Positions 23,987-33,103 of a stretch of 64,000 bases of DNA are shown here, one piece after another (positions within the stretch are counted from its first letter, which is position 1; each line of letters starts with the position of its first letter). The notes beneath the pieces were generated by a model. That model did no database searches. It was given only the letters and a program-made list of their open reading frames with translations, and was not told the DNA's origin. The position numbers and the translations under genes are program-made. Source of the DNA: an uncultured Planctomycetaceae bacterium (GTDB lineage: Bacteria; Planctomycetota; Planctomycetia; Pirellulales; PALSA-1355); NCBI GenBank assembly GCA_963791755.1, contig CAWBTK010000006.1:351978-415977 (forward strand). The letters are read 5' to 3'.

Positions 23987-24769
23987 ATGCTAGAGCGGAA
24001 GGAGGTCTTCCCGCACGTTATCGAAATGAACGTCCAGGCCGGCCAGCGCCTGGGTTGTAACGTGTACCTGGTTTTCGACGGGCCCGAATGGGTGCTGATC
24101 GACGTCGGCTACGACGAGACGGTCGACGAGATCATCGAGCTCATCCGCCAGCTGGATTTCCCGCTTTCCACCTGCAAGTCGCTGGTCGCCACGCACGCCG
24201 ACGTGGACCACATTCAGGGGCTGGCCAAGATCAACCAGGTGCTCAAGACCAAGATTATCGGTCATCGCCTGGCGGCCGAGCCGCTGGCCACCGGAGATCG
24301 CATCAAAACGTTCGCCGAAATCGCCGCGCAAGATATTCACCTGGAAATGCCGCCGGTCAAGCTCGACGCGCTGGTCGACGAAGGGGACAAAATCACGGTC
24401 GGCAAGCTCGAGTTGGAGGTCTGGCACACGCCCGGCCACACCGATAGCCAGCTCTCGTTTCGCATGGGCGAGTTGTTGTTCAGCGGCGATAACATCTATC
24501 GCGATGGCTGCGTCGGCGCGATCGACGCCCATCACGGCAGCGACATCTCGGCGTTTATCTCGTCGCTCAAGCGCATTCGCGGCAGCAACGTCAAATGGTT
24601 GCTCCCCAGCCACGGGCCGATTTTTCGCAAGGACGACGCACTGATCGACAAGGCCATAGCCCGGCTCGAGGGCTACTTGCACATGGCCGACTTCGGCACC
24701 TGCGCCATCGACTGGCCGCTGATGGACGAATGGGACAAGGAACTGGCCGCTGGCAAAATGCCCAGCTAG
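23987..24769 (+). CDS. MBL-fold metallo-hydrolase
   Basis: Intact 260 aa. Motifs: [13 protein letters not shown] (HxDxDH variant) and WHTPGHTDS. Confidence 0.8.
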   Translation: MLERKEVFPHVIEMNVQAGQRLGCNVYLVFDGPEWVLIDVGYDETVDEIIELIRQLDFPLSTCKSLVATHADVDHIQGLAKINQVLKTKIIGHRLAAEPLATGDRIKTFAEIAAQDIHLEMPPVKLDALVDEGDKITVGKLELEVWHTPGHTDSQLSFRMGELLFSGDNIYRDGCVGAIDAHHGSDISAFISSLKRIRGSNVKWLLPSHGPIFRKDDALIDKAIARLEGYLHMADFGTCAIDWPLMDEWDKELAAGKMPS

Positions 24770-24804
24770 CACTTTGGGAAGCCGATTGGGGAGTCGACTT
24801 CTGA

Positions 24805-24848
24805 CCTCCCCTCGCCCCTTGAGGGAGAGGGGCTGGGGGTGAGGGGGT
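24805..24848. repeat. G/C-rich low-complexity imperfect palindrome (CCTCCCCTCGCCCCTTGAGGGAGAGGGGCTGGGGGTGAGGGGG)
   Basis: Read directly from the sequence, 36 nt downstream of the MBL hydrolase stop. There is only a single copy in this window. Confidence 0.4.
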
Positions 24849-25143
24849 TGAGCTAGCCAACAGCGGTGAATTCACACCAGCGCCGTGCGCCGCGACCCCT
24901 TACCTGGCCCGTGGATCGACGCTTGGCGTCGCCCCCCTTCGCCATCGTCTGCCGCGTGGGGGAGAGAATGGGGGAACCGAAGGCACTTGACGCACTGTAA
25001 CGGTTCTAACGGATATTCCCTCAATACCGGCTGTGCGGCGCGCCGATGCTTGTTGCTAGACCCAGTTAGCGGCTCCGCGCGGCTCCCAGTCTCGCCGCGC
25101 GAGGTGCGTGCTAGTTCTTGCATCTACTCAGGGGGGGAATTCG

Positions 25144-25470
25144 ATGATCCGCCGGACCTTGCTTGCGCTTTGCTGCGCGGCGGGTTTGGGCGTTCTTCTA
25201 TCGGCCGACCATGCTCAGGCCCAGCAAGCCTACGGTCGCCAATGGGGACGCTCATACAGCACCCGCGATTGGAACCGCTTGTACCACTACCCGTACGTCT
25301 ATTACCCGCAAAACTTCTGGTCGAGCGAGTACTACCAGAGCTCCGACGACCTGTATTACCGCTATCCGCAGGAGATGCGGGTTCCGGTCTACAACAAGCA
25401 GTGGCACAACATGTATCCCGAAGGATCGCTGTACCACCGCGGACATCATTTCCTGATCGACACGTTCTAA
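25144..25470 (+). CDS. Small secreted Tyr/Trp-rich hypothetical protein
   Basis: ATG 25144 is preceded by GGGGGG. The signal-like N-terminus is MIRRTLLALCCAAGLGVLLSADHAQA. The mature part has 15 Tyr in about 80 aa (YHYPYVYYPQNFWSSEYYQSSDDLYYRYP). Confidence 0.6.
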   Translation: MIRRTLLALCCAAGLGVLLSADHAQAQQAYGRQWGRSYSTRDWNRLYHYPYVYYPQNFWSSEYYQSSDDLYYRYPQEMRVPVYNKQWHNMYPEGSLYHRGHHFLIDTF

Positions 25471-25559
25471 CCGAGCGTCCGCGCTTGCTCTGACGTCGCG
25501 TTTGCCGGGCGCTCAAATGGGGCGCCGCGCCACCGCTTGCCGGCTTAGCAGCGCAGCTT

Positions 25560-26750
25560 TCACAAACCCGCACGGGCGAACCGGTACAGCGCTTCGCTCG
25601 CCAGTTCCAACTGATCGAGCGCCAGCCATTCGTCGGCCGTGTGCGCCTGGTCGATCGAGCCCGGACCAAATACGATCGACGGCACGCCGGCGGCGGCGAT
25701 CGCAGCCGCGTTTGTTCCATAGGGCACGCCGACCACGCGGCTGTCGATGCCCGCGGCCCGCGCGGCGCTCGCCATTCGTTCGGCGAGCGGGCCATTGCCT
25801 GCGTCCAACAGCCCCACGCCGATCAGAAACGGCGGCTCGTGCTCGATGCCCGCCCGGCCCCCCAGTTGCGCGTCGAGATAGTCAATGACTTGTTGCCTCG
25901 CCTCGCCCGGCTTTTCCCCCGGGTTCAGGCGGCGGTCGATTTCGATGGTCGCACGATCGGGCACGGTGTTGACGCTGACTCCGCCGCTGATTGTGCCCAC
26001 GCTCAACGTTGGGTGTCCACACAGCGGGTGATGGCCCAACGTCGCCGCCACTTCGAGTTGATAGCGCTCGAGCGCCGCCAGCACCGGGGCCATTTTGAAG
26101 ATCGCGTTCACGCCCAAGTGCGGCTGCGAACTGTGCGTCGCCCGGCCGCGCGTGTTCAGCCGCCAGCGAACCACGCCCTTGTGGGCCACGACAACCTGCA
26201 ATTCGGTCGGCTCGGCAACCACCGCCACGTCGGGCCGCCGGGGAATAATCGAACCCGTCTCGCCCCAGAGCTTCGTTAGCGCCGTGGCGCCGCTATATCC
26301 GTGCTCTTCGTTGATCGTGGCCGCCATGATGATCGTGGGCATCCCCTCGGGCCGCTCCTCGGCCAACCGAGCCACCGCGCCCAACATCGCCGTCATGCCC
26401 CCCTTGATGTCGCACGAGCCGCGACCATACAGCCGGCCGTCGCGGACCACCGGCGTCCAGGGCTCGATCGTCATCCCGTCGACCGGCACGGTGTCCTGAT
26501 GCGCCTCCAGCAGAATCAGTTGACCGCCTTCCAACGGCGAAACCGCGCCATCCAGCCTGGCCACGATATTTTCGCGGCCCGGGTGAACCGTTTGCCGCTG
26601 ATAGGGCAGGCCAAGTTTCTGGAAAAGCGACTGCAGGTAGTCCGTGACGCGATGCTCGAAGAATTCCGGTCCGCGCACGTCGCGCCCCATTGGGTTGACG
26701 CTGGGTAGCGCGACCAACTCGCCCAGCGTGTTGACCAGGTTCAATCGCAT
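25560..26750 (-). CDS. M20-family metallopeptidase (ArgE/DapE-like deacylase)
   Basis: Starts at ATG 26750-26748; 396 aa, intact. Motifs: LLEAHQDTVP, GRGSCDIKGG and NEEHG. Confidence 0.8.
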   Translation of the reverse strand: MRLNLVNTLGELVALPSVNPMGRDVRGPEFFEHRVTDYLQSLFQKLGLPYQRQTVHPGRENIVARLDGAVSPLEGGQLILLEAHQDTVPVDGMTIEPWTPVVRDGRLYGRGSCDIKGGMTAMLGAVARLAEERPEGMPTIIMAATINEEHGYSGATALTKLWGETGSIIPRRPDVAVVAEPTELQVVVAHKGVVRWRLNTRGRATHSSQPHLGVNAIFKMAPVLAALERYQLEVAATLGHHPLCGHPTLSVGTISGGVSVNTVPDRATIEIDRRLNPGEKPGEARQQVIDYLDAQLGGRAGIEHEPPFLIGVGLLDAGNGPLAERMASAARAAGIDSRVVGVPYGTNAAAIAAAGVPSIVFGPGSIDQAHTADEWLALDQLELASEALYRFARAGL

Positions 26751-27012
26751 GCGGCACGGCAACCGGGGCGAGATTTCCGCCAAACCAGGCCATCTGGATC
26801 GGCTCCAAGCGGCATCATACCGCCTCGCCGGTCGGCATCCCAGCGACCGCGGCGCAAACCTGGCGTTTTCTCCCGCCATCCCGCCATCGGGACCTGATAC
26901 AGCCCGCGGCCTGCCGTCCGTATATACTGAAGGGCGTGGTGCAACAATTCCTTCATGTCACCCCCGATGTTGGCCTTGGCCAACGGCGGGCCGACCGCGG
27001 CGTTCACAGAAC

Positions 27013-27297
27013 ATGGCAAAATCCCGCCGCTCACGCAGGGCAAAGAACAAGGTCGAGGGGTCCGTCGACGGCACCCTGATCAAGGTCGAGCCCCATCCGC
27101 TTCCCGACGCTCCGGCCGAAATTCACCGCACCCGCGCGGTCGTCGTGGCCCGATCCACGATTTTTACCAGCGAACTCGAGGAAGTCATCGAGATCATCGC
27201 CAAGGAGCGCGTCTACCGGGCCATGCTCGATAGCCTGGGCCGTCGGTTGCGGATTCCGCACCTGATGGATGAATTCGACTCCCGCGGCGATTTGTAA
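27013..27297 (+). CDS. Hypothetical protein (94 aa, basic N-terminus)
   Basis: Starts at ATG 27013 with GC3-rich codons. I recognise no family. Confidence 0.4.
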   Translation: MAKSRRSRRAKNKVEGSVDGTLIKVEPHPLPDAPAEIHRTRAVVVARSTIFTSELEEVIEIIAKERVYRAMLDSLGRRLRIPHLMDEFDSRGDL

Positions 27298-27336
27298 TGA
27301 ACACAATATCGCCCGAAACATCAGGCTCTCGGCAAG

Positions 27337-27996
27337 TTAGCGCGGCGCCTTAACCATGCCGCGCCGCCCCGCGCGTCGCTTGCCGGCGATAACGAGCGCC
27401 ATGCCCGTTAGGCCAGACAACCCGAGCACCAGGGCACTGGGCTCCGGCACGCTCCCGATTGAACCGTTGACGAATGTTCCGATGTTGTTTTCGTCGTTAT
27501 TCAGGTAACTGCTGCCGACGGATTGGTCGAGCGTCTCGCTGACTAAAGCCACTTCCCAAGACGCAAAGATCGGCAGCGACGACGTATCGAAGGTCACCGA
27601 CACCAGCACGCCGCTGGCGACATTCACATAACCAAACGTCGTCGTCAGGTCGACCGATGCCAATTGTCCGCCCGGATCGATCAAGACCGTCGGCGGCACA
27701 TGGCCGGCGGAATTGGGCGGATCCCAAATCGATGGTCCGCTGTCGACGTCGATATCCGTGATCTTCGGACCCAGTGTCCCGCCATAGGTGGGGCCGCCAC
27801 CGGCCACGGCAATACCAAGGTGCATGCCGTTCACTGTGCTCGGATCGATCCCGCTGACGAAAAATGAAATCACCTGTCCCGGCAGATTCGGCTGCAAGAC
27901 ATGGTTGCCAACGACCGCGGTCGGCTCGGCATGGGCAGTCGTCGCCGCATTAAAAACCACGACACATGCAAGCGCCAAATTGTAGGTGAGTCGCAT
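27337..27996 (-). CDS. PEP-CTERM-anchored secreted protein
   Basis: Intact 219 aa with a signal peptide (ACVVVFNAATTAHA) and the C-terminus VPEPSALVLGLSGLTGMALVIAGKRRAGRR. Confidence 0.8.
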   Translation of the reverse strand: MRLTYNLALACVVVFNAATTAHAEPTAVVGNHVLQPNLPGQVISFFVSGIDPSTVNGMHLGIAVAGGGPTYGGTLGPKITDIDVDSGPSIWDPPNSAGHVPPTVLIDPGGQLASVDLTTTFGYVNVASGVLVSVTFDTSSLPIFASWEVALVSETLDQSVGSSYLNNDENNIGTFVNGSIGSVPEPSALVLGLSGLTGMALVIAGKRRAGRRGMVKAPR

Positions 27997-28215
27997 GAGC
28001 GGTCCCCCAGAATGAATCGAGGTTCCAAAATCGGGGTCTCAACACGTCGAGCTGTTCAAATCCTAGCCACCGCGCGGGCGGAGAGCCAAGAAAAAACACG
28101 AAAAAGCACGAGGGCCTGTCCGCTCAGCTTCGGCTCGACCACGCCTGGCGGTCGGGCCCGTCCGCGGTCTTCAGAGTCATCTTGAATCCGCCCTCGTATC
28201 GATGTCCTCGTCTGC

Positions 28216-28244
28216 TTGACGCCCCCCGCAGCGGGCGATACGAT
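28216..28244 (+). promoter_or_regulatory. Candidate sigma70-type promoter of the nuo operon
   Basis: TTGACG (28216-28221), exactly 17 nt, then TACGAT (28239-28244). It lies about 95 nt upstream of the nuoA ATG. Confidence 0.4.
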
Positions 28245-28290
28245 TCTCTTTGATTCAGCCGGCCCGATGAGCGGGCGTTTTTTTGGACCT

Positions 28291-28314
28291 ACTTTGTGAC
28301 AAGATTCACAAAGT
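28291..28314. promoter_or_regulatory. Perfect 24-bp palindromic operator candidate (TGTGA-N6-TCACA core) in the nuo leader
   Basis: ACTTTGTGA-caagat-TCACAAAGT has perfectly complementary 9-bp arms. The centre is 37 nt upstream of the nuoA ATG. Confidence 0.6.
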
Positions 28315-28339
28315 GCGCACTTTTGGCGTTCTTCGAACC

Positions 28340-28738
28340 ATGGAACAAGCCGTCCTGCCTCTGTTCTGGTTTGCTCTCTGCGCTACCGGCATGGCCCTGG
28401 CGCTGTTGGGCGTCAGCGCCCTGATCGGCCCCTCTAAGACGAGTCGGGTTAAGGAGATGCCGTACGAAAGCGGCATGAATCCGATCCACGACACCCGCCG
28501 CCGCTTCGATGTGCGGTTCTACCTGGTCGCGATCGCGTTCCTGGTGTTCGACGTCGAACTGCTGTTCCTCTATCCCTGGGCCGTCGCCAGCCGAAATGCC
28601 CAGGGCATCGACCAGGCCGTGACCAACGGCTGGGTCGCCGGTCGGGGTATTGTCTTCGGCGAGGCGATCGCCTTCATCTTGTTGCTCGCCCTCGGCTATG
28701 TCTACGCCTGGCGCAAGGGGGTTTTCCGATGGCGATAG
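28340..28738 (+). CDS. nuoA: NADH:quinone oxidoreductase subunit A
   Basis: Contains PYESGMNP...[27 protein letters not shown] and three TM helices. ATG 28340 lies within track ORF 28283... Confidence 0.9.
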   Translation: MEQAVLPLFWFALCATGMALALLGVSALIGPSKTSRVKEMPYESGMNPIHDTRRRFDVRFYLVAIAFLVFDVELLFLYPWAVASRNAQGIDQAVTNGWVAGRGIVFGEAIAFILLLALGYVYAWRKGVFRWR

Positions 28739-29310
28739 AAGTGCCCGAAAATGTCGTCGTCAGCAAGCTCGATGAGCTGGCCAGTTGGTGCCGTAAGAAC
28801 AGCCTGTGGCCGATGCCTTTTGCCACCGCCTGCTGCGGGATCGAGCTCATGGCCACCGGCGCCAGCCGTCACGATCTGGCCCGCTTTGGCGCCGAGGTGA
28901 TGCGTTTCAGCCCTCGCCAGTGCGATTTGATGATCGTGGCCGGCCGGGTGGTGATGAAAATGTTGCCCGTCTTGCAACGCATCTGGTCGCAAATGCACGA
29001 GCCCAAGTGGTGCATTTCGATGGGCGCCTGCGCCTCGACCGGCGGCGTCTTCGACACCTACAGCGTGGTCCAGGGCATCGACCGCTTTTTGCCCGTGGAT
29101 ATGTACGTGCCGGGCTGCCCGCCGCGGCCCGAGCAATTGATCCAGGCGATCATCGACCTGCAAGACAAGATTCAGCGTGAGGGCACGGTCTCGGGACGCG
29201 AGTTCGCGACCCGCTCGCGCCAGCAACGCAAACGGGCCCTGGTCGAATTGCCCGTCATCACCTTGCCGCGCGGCGTCAGCCATTTGCCGCAGGGCGTGCG
29301 CGTCGAGTGA
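28729..29310 (+). CDS. nuoB: NADH:quinone oxidoreductase subunit B
   Basis: Contains [23 protein letters not shown] and VPGCPPRPE (N2 cluster ligands). Confidence 0.93.
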   Translation: MAIEVPENVVVSKLDELASWCRKNSLWPMPFATACCGIELMATGASRHDLARFGAEVMRFSPRQCDLMIVAGRVVMKMLPVLQRIWSQMHEPKWCISMGACASTGGVFDTYSVVQGIDRFLPVDMYVPGCPPRPEQLIQAIIDLQDKIQREGTVSGREFATRSRQQRKRALVELPVITLPRGVSHLPQGVRVE

Positions 29311-29360
29311 ACCGAAGGGCCGACAAGGGCCGCTGGTGCGGCAAGTGCGGAGGAGGGCAA

Positions 29361-29858
29361 ATGTTGGACGCGGCAACCAAAACAGCTTTGAGCGAGGCCT
29401 TCCCGGCGATCGCCTGGAGCGAATTTCGCGGCGACACGCGGGCCGTGGTTCCGCGCGACCTGTTGTTCGAGGTCTTCCAGCGGCTTCGCGACGCTCACGG
29501 CTTCGACCTGCTGGTCGACGTCACGTGCGTTGACTACTTGAATTACCGCGGCGCGGACGATCGCTTCGGCCTGGTCTACCTGTTGGCCAGCACGCACACC
29601 AACGAGCGCTTGACGCTCCGCGTGTTCGTCAACGAGCCGGATCTGAGCGTGCCGTCGGCCGCGCCCTTGTGGGAAGGCGCGAATTGGCTGGAGCGCGAAG
29701 TGTGGGATATGTTCGGCATACCCTTCGAGGGCCATCCGGACTTGCGGCGAATCCTGATGCCCGAGGAATTCACCGCGTTTCCACTGCGTAAAGACTATCC
29801 GTTGCAGGGCCGGGGTGAGCGACACAACTTTCCCGTGTTGCATCGCGAAGATGCCTGA
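29361..29858 (+). CDS. nuoC: NADH:quinone oxidoreductase subunit C
   Basis: GGAGGAGG precedes ATG 29361. Contains ANWLEREVWDMFGIPFEGHPDLRRIL. Confidence 0.9.
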   Translation: MLDAATKTALSEAFPAIAWSEFRGDTRAVVPRDLLFEVFQRLRDAHGFDLLVDVTCVDYLNYRGADDRFGLVYLLASTHTNERLTLRVFVNEPDLSVPSAAPLWEGANWLEREVWDMFGIPFEGHPDLRRILMPEEFTAFPLRKDYPLQGRGERHNFPVLHREDA

Positions 29859-29897
29859 GCCGAGACCGATTGAACGACCGGAACGCCGGAATTTCAC

Positions 29898-31124
29898 ATG
29901 CCAGTAGCCGCCACGAAAACGCTCGAACAACTGGCCCAGGCCGAATCGCGCGATTACGTGTGGACGCTGAACTTCGGCCCGCAGCACCCGGCAACACACA
30001 CCACGCTGCGGCTGCTGCTGATGCTCGAGGGCGAGCGCGTCGTCGACGCGATTCCAGATATCGGCTATTTGCACTCGGGCTTCGAGAAAATCGGCGAGCA
30101 CCTCAACTACAACCAATACGTGACGGTCACGGACCGCATGAACTACATCTCGCCGCTGGCCAACAACGTGGCTTGGCACGGCGCGGTCGAGAAGCTGCTG
30201 GGGCTCGAGCTGACGCCCCGCTGCAAGTACCTGCGAACCATTTTGGTCGAGTTGGCGCGGATCAGCGATCATCTGCTGTGCAATGGCGCCGTCGGGCTCG
30301 ATACCGGCGCCTTCACCTATTTTCTTTATGCCTTCTATCAGCGCGAGGTGTTGTACGACATCTTCGAGACGCTCTGCGGTGCGCGATTCACCAACAGCTA
30401 CACGCGCGTCGGCGGCGTGATGTACGACGCCACGCCCCTGGTGATCGAGAAGATTCGCGCCTTCGTGCGCACCTTTCCCAAAACGCTCGAGGACATGGAC
30501 CGGCTGCTGAATCGCAATCGGATATTCATCGATCGCACCAAGGGCGTGGGCATTTTGACCAAGGCCGAGGCCATCAACCGCAGCGCCACCGGGCCGATCG
30601 CCCGGGCCAGCGGCGTCACCCGCGACCTGCGCAAGGATGAGCCGTACCTGGCCTATGCGGATCTCGATTTTCAAATCTGTTGCGCCACGGCCGGCGATTG
30701 CCTGGCCCGCTACCTGGTGCGGATGGCCGAGATGCGCGAGAGCCTGAAGATCGTGGCCCAGGCGATCGAGAACTTGCCCGCCGGTCCGGTCAACGTGGGC
30801 ATCGACGAGCGCACGACCTTGCCGGACAAGAAGCAAGTCTACAGCACCATCGAAGGCACAATTTCGCACTTCGAGTTGGTGATGACCAACCGCGGTTTCA
30901 CGGTGCCCAACGACGAGGCCTATGGCGCGATCGAAGCGCCCAACGGCGAGCTGGGTTTTTACCTGGTGGGCGATGGCAGCGACGTCGCCTATCGGGCCCG
31001 CTGCCGGCCCCCTTCGTATATCCACTTTGCCCTGTTTCCGCATTTGATTCGCGGCCATACGCTCAGCGACGTGGTGGCCGTGCTGGGGAGCTTGAATATT
31101 ATCGCCGCGGAGCTGGATCGGTAG
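29898..31124 (+). CDS. nuoD: NADH:quinone oxidoreductase subunit D
   Basis: Intact 408 aa. Contains LNFGPQHPATHTTLRL and the end-of-protein motif SLNIIAAELDR. Confidence 0.95.
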   Translation: MPVAATKTLEQLAQAESRDYVWTLNFGPQHPATHTTLRLLLMLEGERVVDAIPDIGYLHSGFEKIGEHLNYNQYVTVTDRMNYISPLANNVAWHGAVEKLLGLELTPRCKYLRTILVELARISDHLLCNGAVGLDTGAFTYFLYAFYQREVLYDIFETLCGARFTNSYTRVGGVMYDATPLVIEKIRAFVRTFPKTLEDMDRLLNRNRIFIDRTKGVGILTKAEAINRSATGPIARASGVTRDLRKDEPYLAYADLDFQICCATAGDCLARYLVRMAEMRESLKIVAQAIENLPAGPVNVGIDERTTLPDKKQVYSTIEGTISHFELVMTNRGFTVPNDEAYGAIEAPNGELGFYLVGDGSDVAYRARCRPPSYIHFALFPHLIRGHTLSDVVAVLGSLNIIAAELDR

Positions 31125-31129
31125 ACAAC

Positions 31130-31642
31130 ATGGCAACCGCCGAACGCATTTTGACCGACGAGATGGTCGCCGCCATCAAGGCCTACTTTCCGCGCTATCC
31201 CACGCGGCAAGCCGTGACCTTGCCGGCGCTGCACATCGTCAACGAGCACTTGCGCTGCGTGCCGCTGCAGGCGGTGGTGGAAATCGCCGAGCTGCTGGGG
31301 CTCGCGCCCGCCGAGGTGCAAGACACGCTTTCGTTCTATGGCTTCTTCAAGCAGTCCGGGCCGCACGGTCGGACGCGAGCCTGGGTTTGCCGCTCGATCA
31401 GTTGCGCATTGCGCGGCGGCGAGGAAGTTTTGCAGCATTTGTGCTACACCGCCGGCATCCTTCCCGGAGAAACGACCGCCGACGGCGCTCTGACCGTCGA
31501 GTTCGCCGAGTGCCTGGGCGCTTGCGAGTTTGCCCCCTGCATGTTGGCCGGCAACGATTTGCACCGCAATTTGACCAAGGAATCGGCCGCGCAGTTCGTC
31601 AACGACGTCAAAAACCAGAATCTCCAGAACAACGGCGGCTAG
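31130..31642 (+). CDS. nuoE: NADH:quinone oxidoreductase subunit E (2Fe-2S)
   Basis: Contains VCRSISCALRGG...ECLGACEFAPCM. Confidence 0.9.
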   Translation: MATAERILTDEMVAAIKAYFPRYPTRQAVTLPALHIVNEHLRCVPLQAVVEIAELLGLAPAEVQDTLSFYGFFKQSGPHGRTRAWVCRSISCALRGGEEVLQHLCYTAGILPGETTADGALTVEFAECLGACEFAPCMLAGNDLHRNLTKESAAQFVNDVKNQNLQNNGG

Positions 31643-31682
31643 TGGACCGCGAGCGTCCACACAACTTCACACCAGCGAAACC

Positions 31683-33038
31683 ATGCCCCAATTCGAACCC
31701 GTACTCCTGGCCAACATCGGCAAGCCGAATAGCTATACGCTCGAGGCGTATCGCGCCACGGGCGGATACAAGGCGCTGGCCAAGGTGCTGGCCGAAATGA
31801 CGCCGCTGGCCTTGATCGAAATGATCAAGTCCAGCAATTTGCGCGGTCGGGGCGGCGCGGGTTTCCCCACCGGTCTCAAGTGGTCGTTCCTGCCCAAGGA
31901 CCACCCCGGCCCGGTGTACATGTGCATCAATGCCGACGAGAGCGAGCCCGGCACGTTCAACAATCGAATCCTGATGGAGGATGATCCCCACCAGGTGATC
32001 GAGGGCATTATCCTCAGTTGCTACGCCACCCGGGCCGAGACTGCCTATCTTTATCTGCGCTACGAATACCCATTGGCGCTAAAGCGGCTGCAGGCGGCGA
32101 TCGACGAGTGCTATGCCGCCGGCATCCTGGGCAAGAAAATCCTGGGCAGCGAGTTCTCGCTCGACATCTTCTTGCATCGCGGCGCCGCCGCCTATATCTG
32201 CGGCGAGGAGACCGGGCTGATCGAAAGTCTGGAAGGCAAGCGGGCCTGGCCGCGCATCAAACCGCCGTTTCCGGCTGTCGAAGGCGTGTTTCGCAAACCC
32301 ACGGTCGTCAACAACATCGAAACGGTCTGTTGCGTCACCCAGATCGCGGCTCGCGGCGTGGAGTGGTTCAAAAGCATCGGCGTTCCTTCCGATCCCAAGA
32401 ATCCTCGCGATCCCGGCAGCTACGGACCGAAGCTGTACTGCCTGAGCGGCCACGTCAACCGGCCCGGCTGCTACGAAGCGCCGCTGGGCATCACGTGTCG
32501 CGAGCTGATCGAGGGGTATGGCGGCGGAGTGTGGAAAGGTCGCAAGGCCAAAGCCGCGATTCCCGGCGGCATCAGCATGGGCCTGTTGACCGAAGCCGAA
32601 CTGGACACGCCGTTGGATTTTGCCGGTCCCGGTCGTGTCGGCTGCTTGGGCCTGGGCACGGCGGCCGTGGTCGTGATCGACGACACCACCTCGATGGTCG
32701 ATTTTCTGCACAATAGCTGCCGCTTCTTCGCCCACGAAAGCTGCGGACAGTGCACGCCTTGCCGCGAAGGCACGGCCTGGGCGCTGACGATGATGGAGCG
32801 GATCAAGGCGGGCCGCGGGCGGCTTCGCGATTTGGAGCTGCTGTTGGAAATCGGCGACACGATCGGAATCATGCCCGGCACCACGATTTGCGGACTGGCG
32901 GACGGCGCGGCCTGGCCGATCAAAAACGCGATCCGCAAGTTTCGCGGCGAGTTCGAGGAATACATCAAGCGGACGAATCCCGACGGATATATGGTGACCG
33001 ACGCGGTGCCGGCCTTGCCGGTGCTGGCGATCCACTAA
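31683..33038 (+). CDS. nuoF: NADH:quinone oxidoreductase subunit F (FMN/NADH site)
   Basis: Intact 451 aa. Contains GRGGAGFPTGLKW, ADESEPGTF and ESCGQCTPCREG. Confidence 0.95.
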   Translation: MPQFEPVLLANIGKPNSYTLEAYRATGGYKALAKVLAEMTPLALIEMIKSSNLRGRGGAGFPTGLKWSFLPKDHPGPVYMCINADESEPGTFNNRILMEDDPHQVIEGIILSCYATRAETAYLYLRYEYPLALKRLQAAIDECYAAGILGKKILGSEFSLDIFLHRGAAAYICGEETGLIESLEGKRAWPRIKPPFPAVEGVFRKPTVVNNIETVCCVTQIAARGVEWFKSIGVPSDPKNPRDPGSYGPKLYCLSGHVNRPGCYEAPLGITCRELIEGYGGGVWKGRKAKAAIPGGISMGLLTEAELDTPLDFAGPGRVGCLGLGTAAVVVIDDTTSMVDFLHNSCRFFAHESCGQCTPCREGTAWALTMMERIKAGRGRLRDLELLLEIGDTIGIMPGTTICGLADGAAWPIKNAIRKFRGEFEEYIKRTNPDGYMVTDAVPALPVLAIH

Positions 33039-33103
33039 CGATGACGGCGTCGCTCTCACTCGCAAGAGTGAAAGCGGCGCGCGAGCGCACCTGAGAGCGA
33101 GTT

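Noticed and set aside
29172-31136. 654-aa ORF on the minus strand
   Set aside because: It is antisense to nuoB/C/D, has no recognisable motifs, and is a high-GC artefact.
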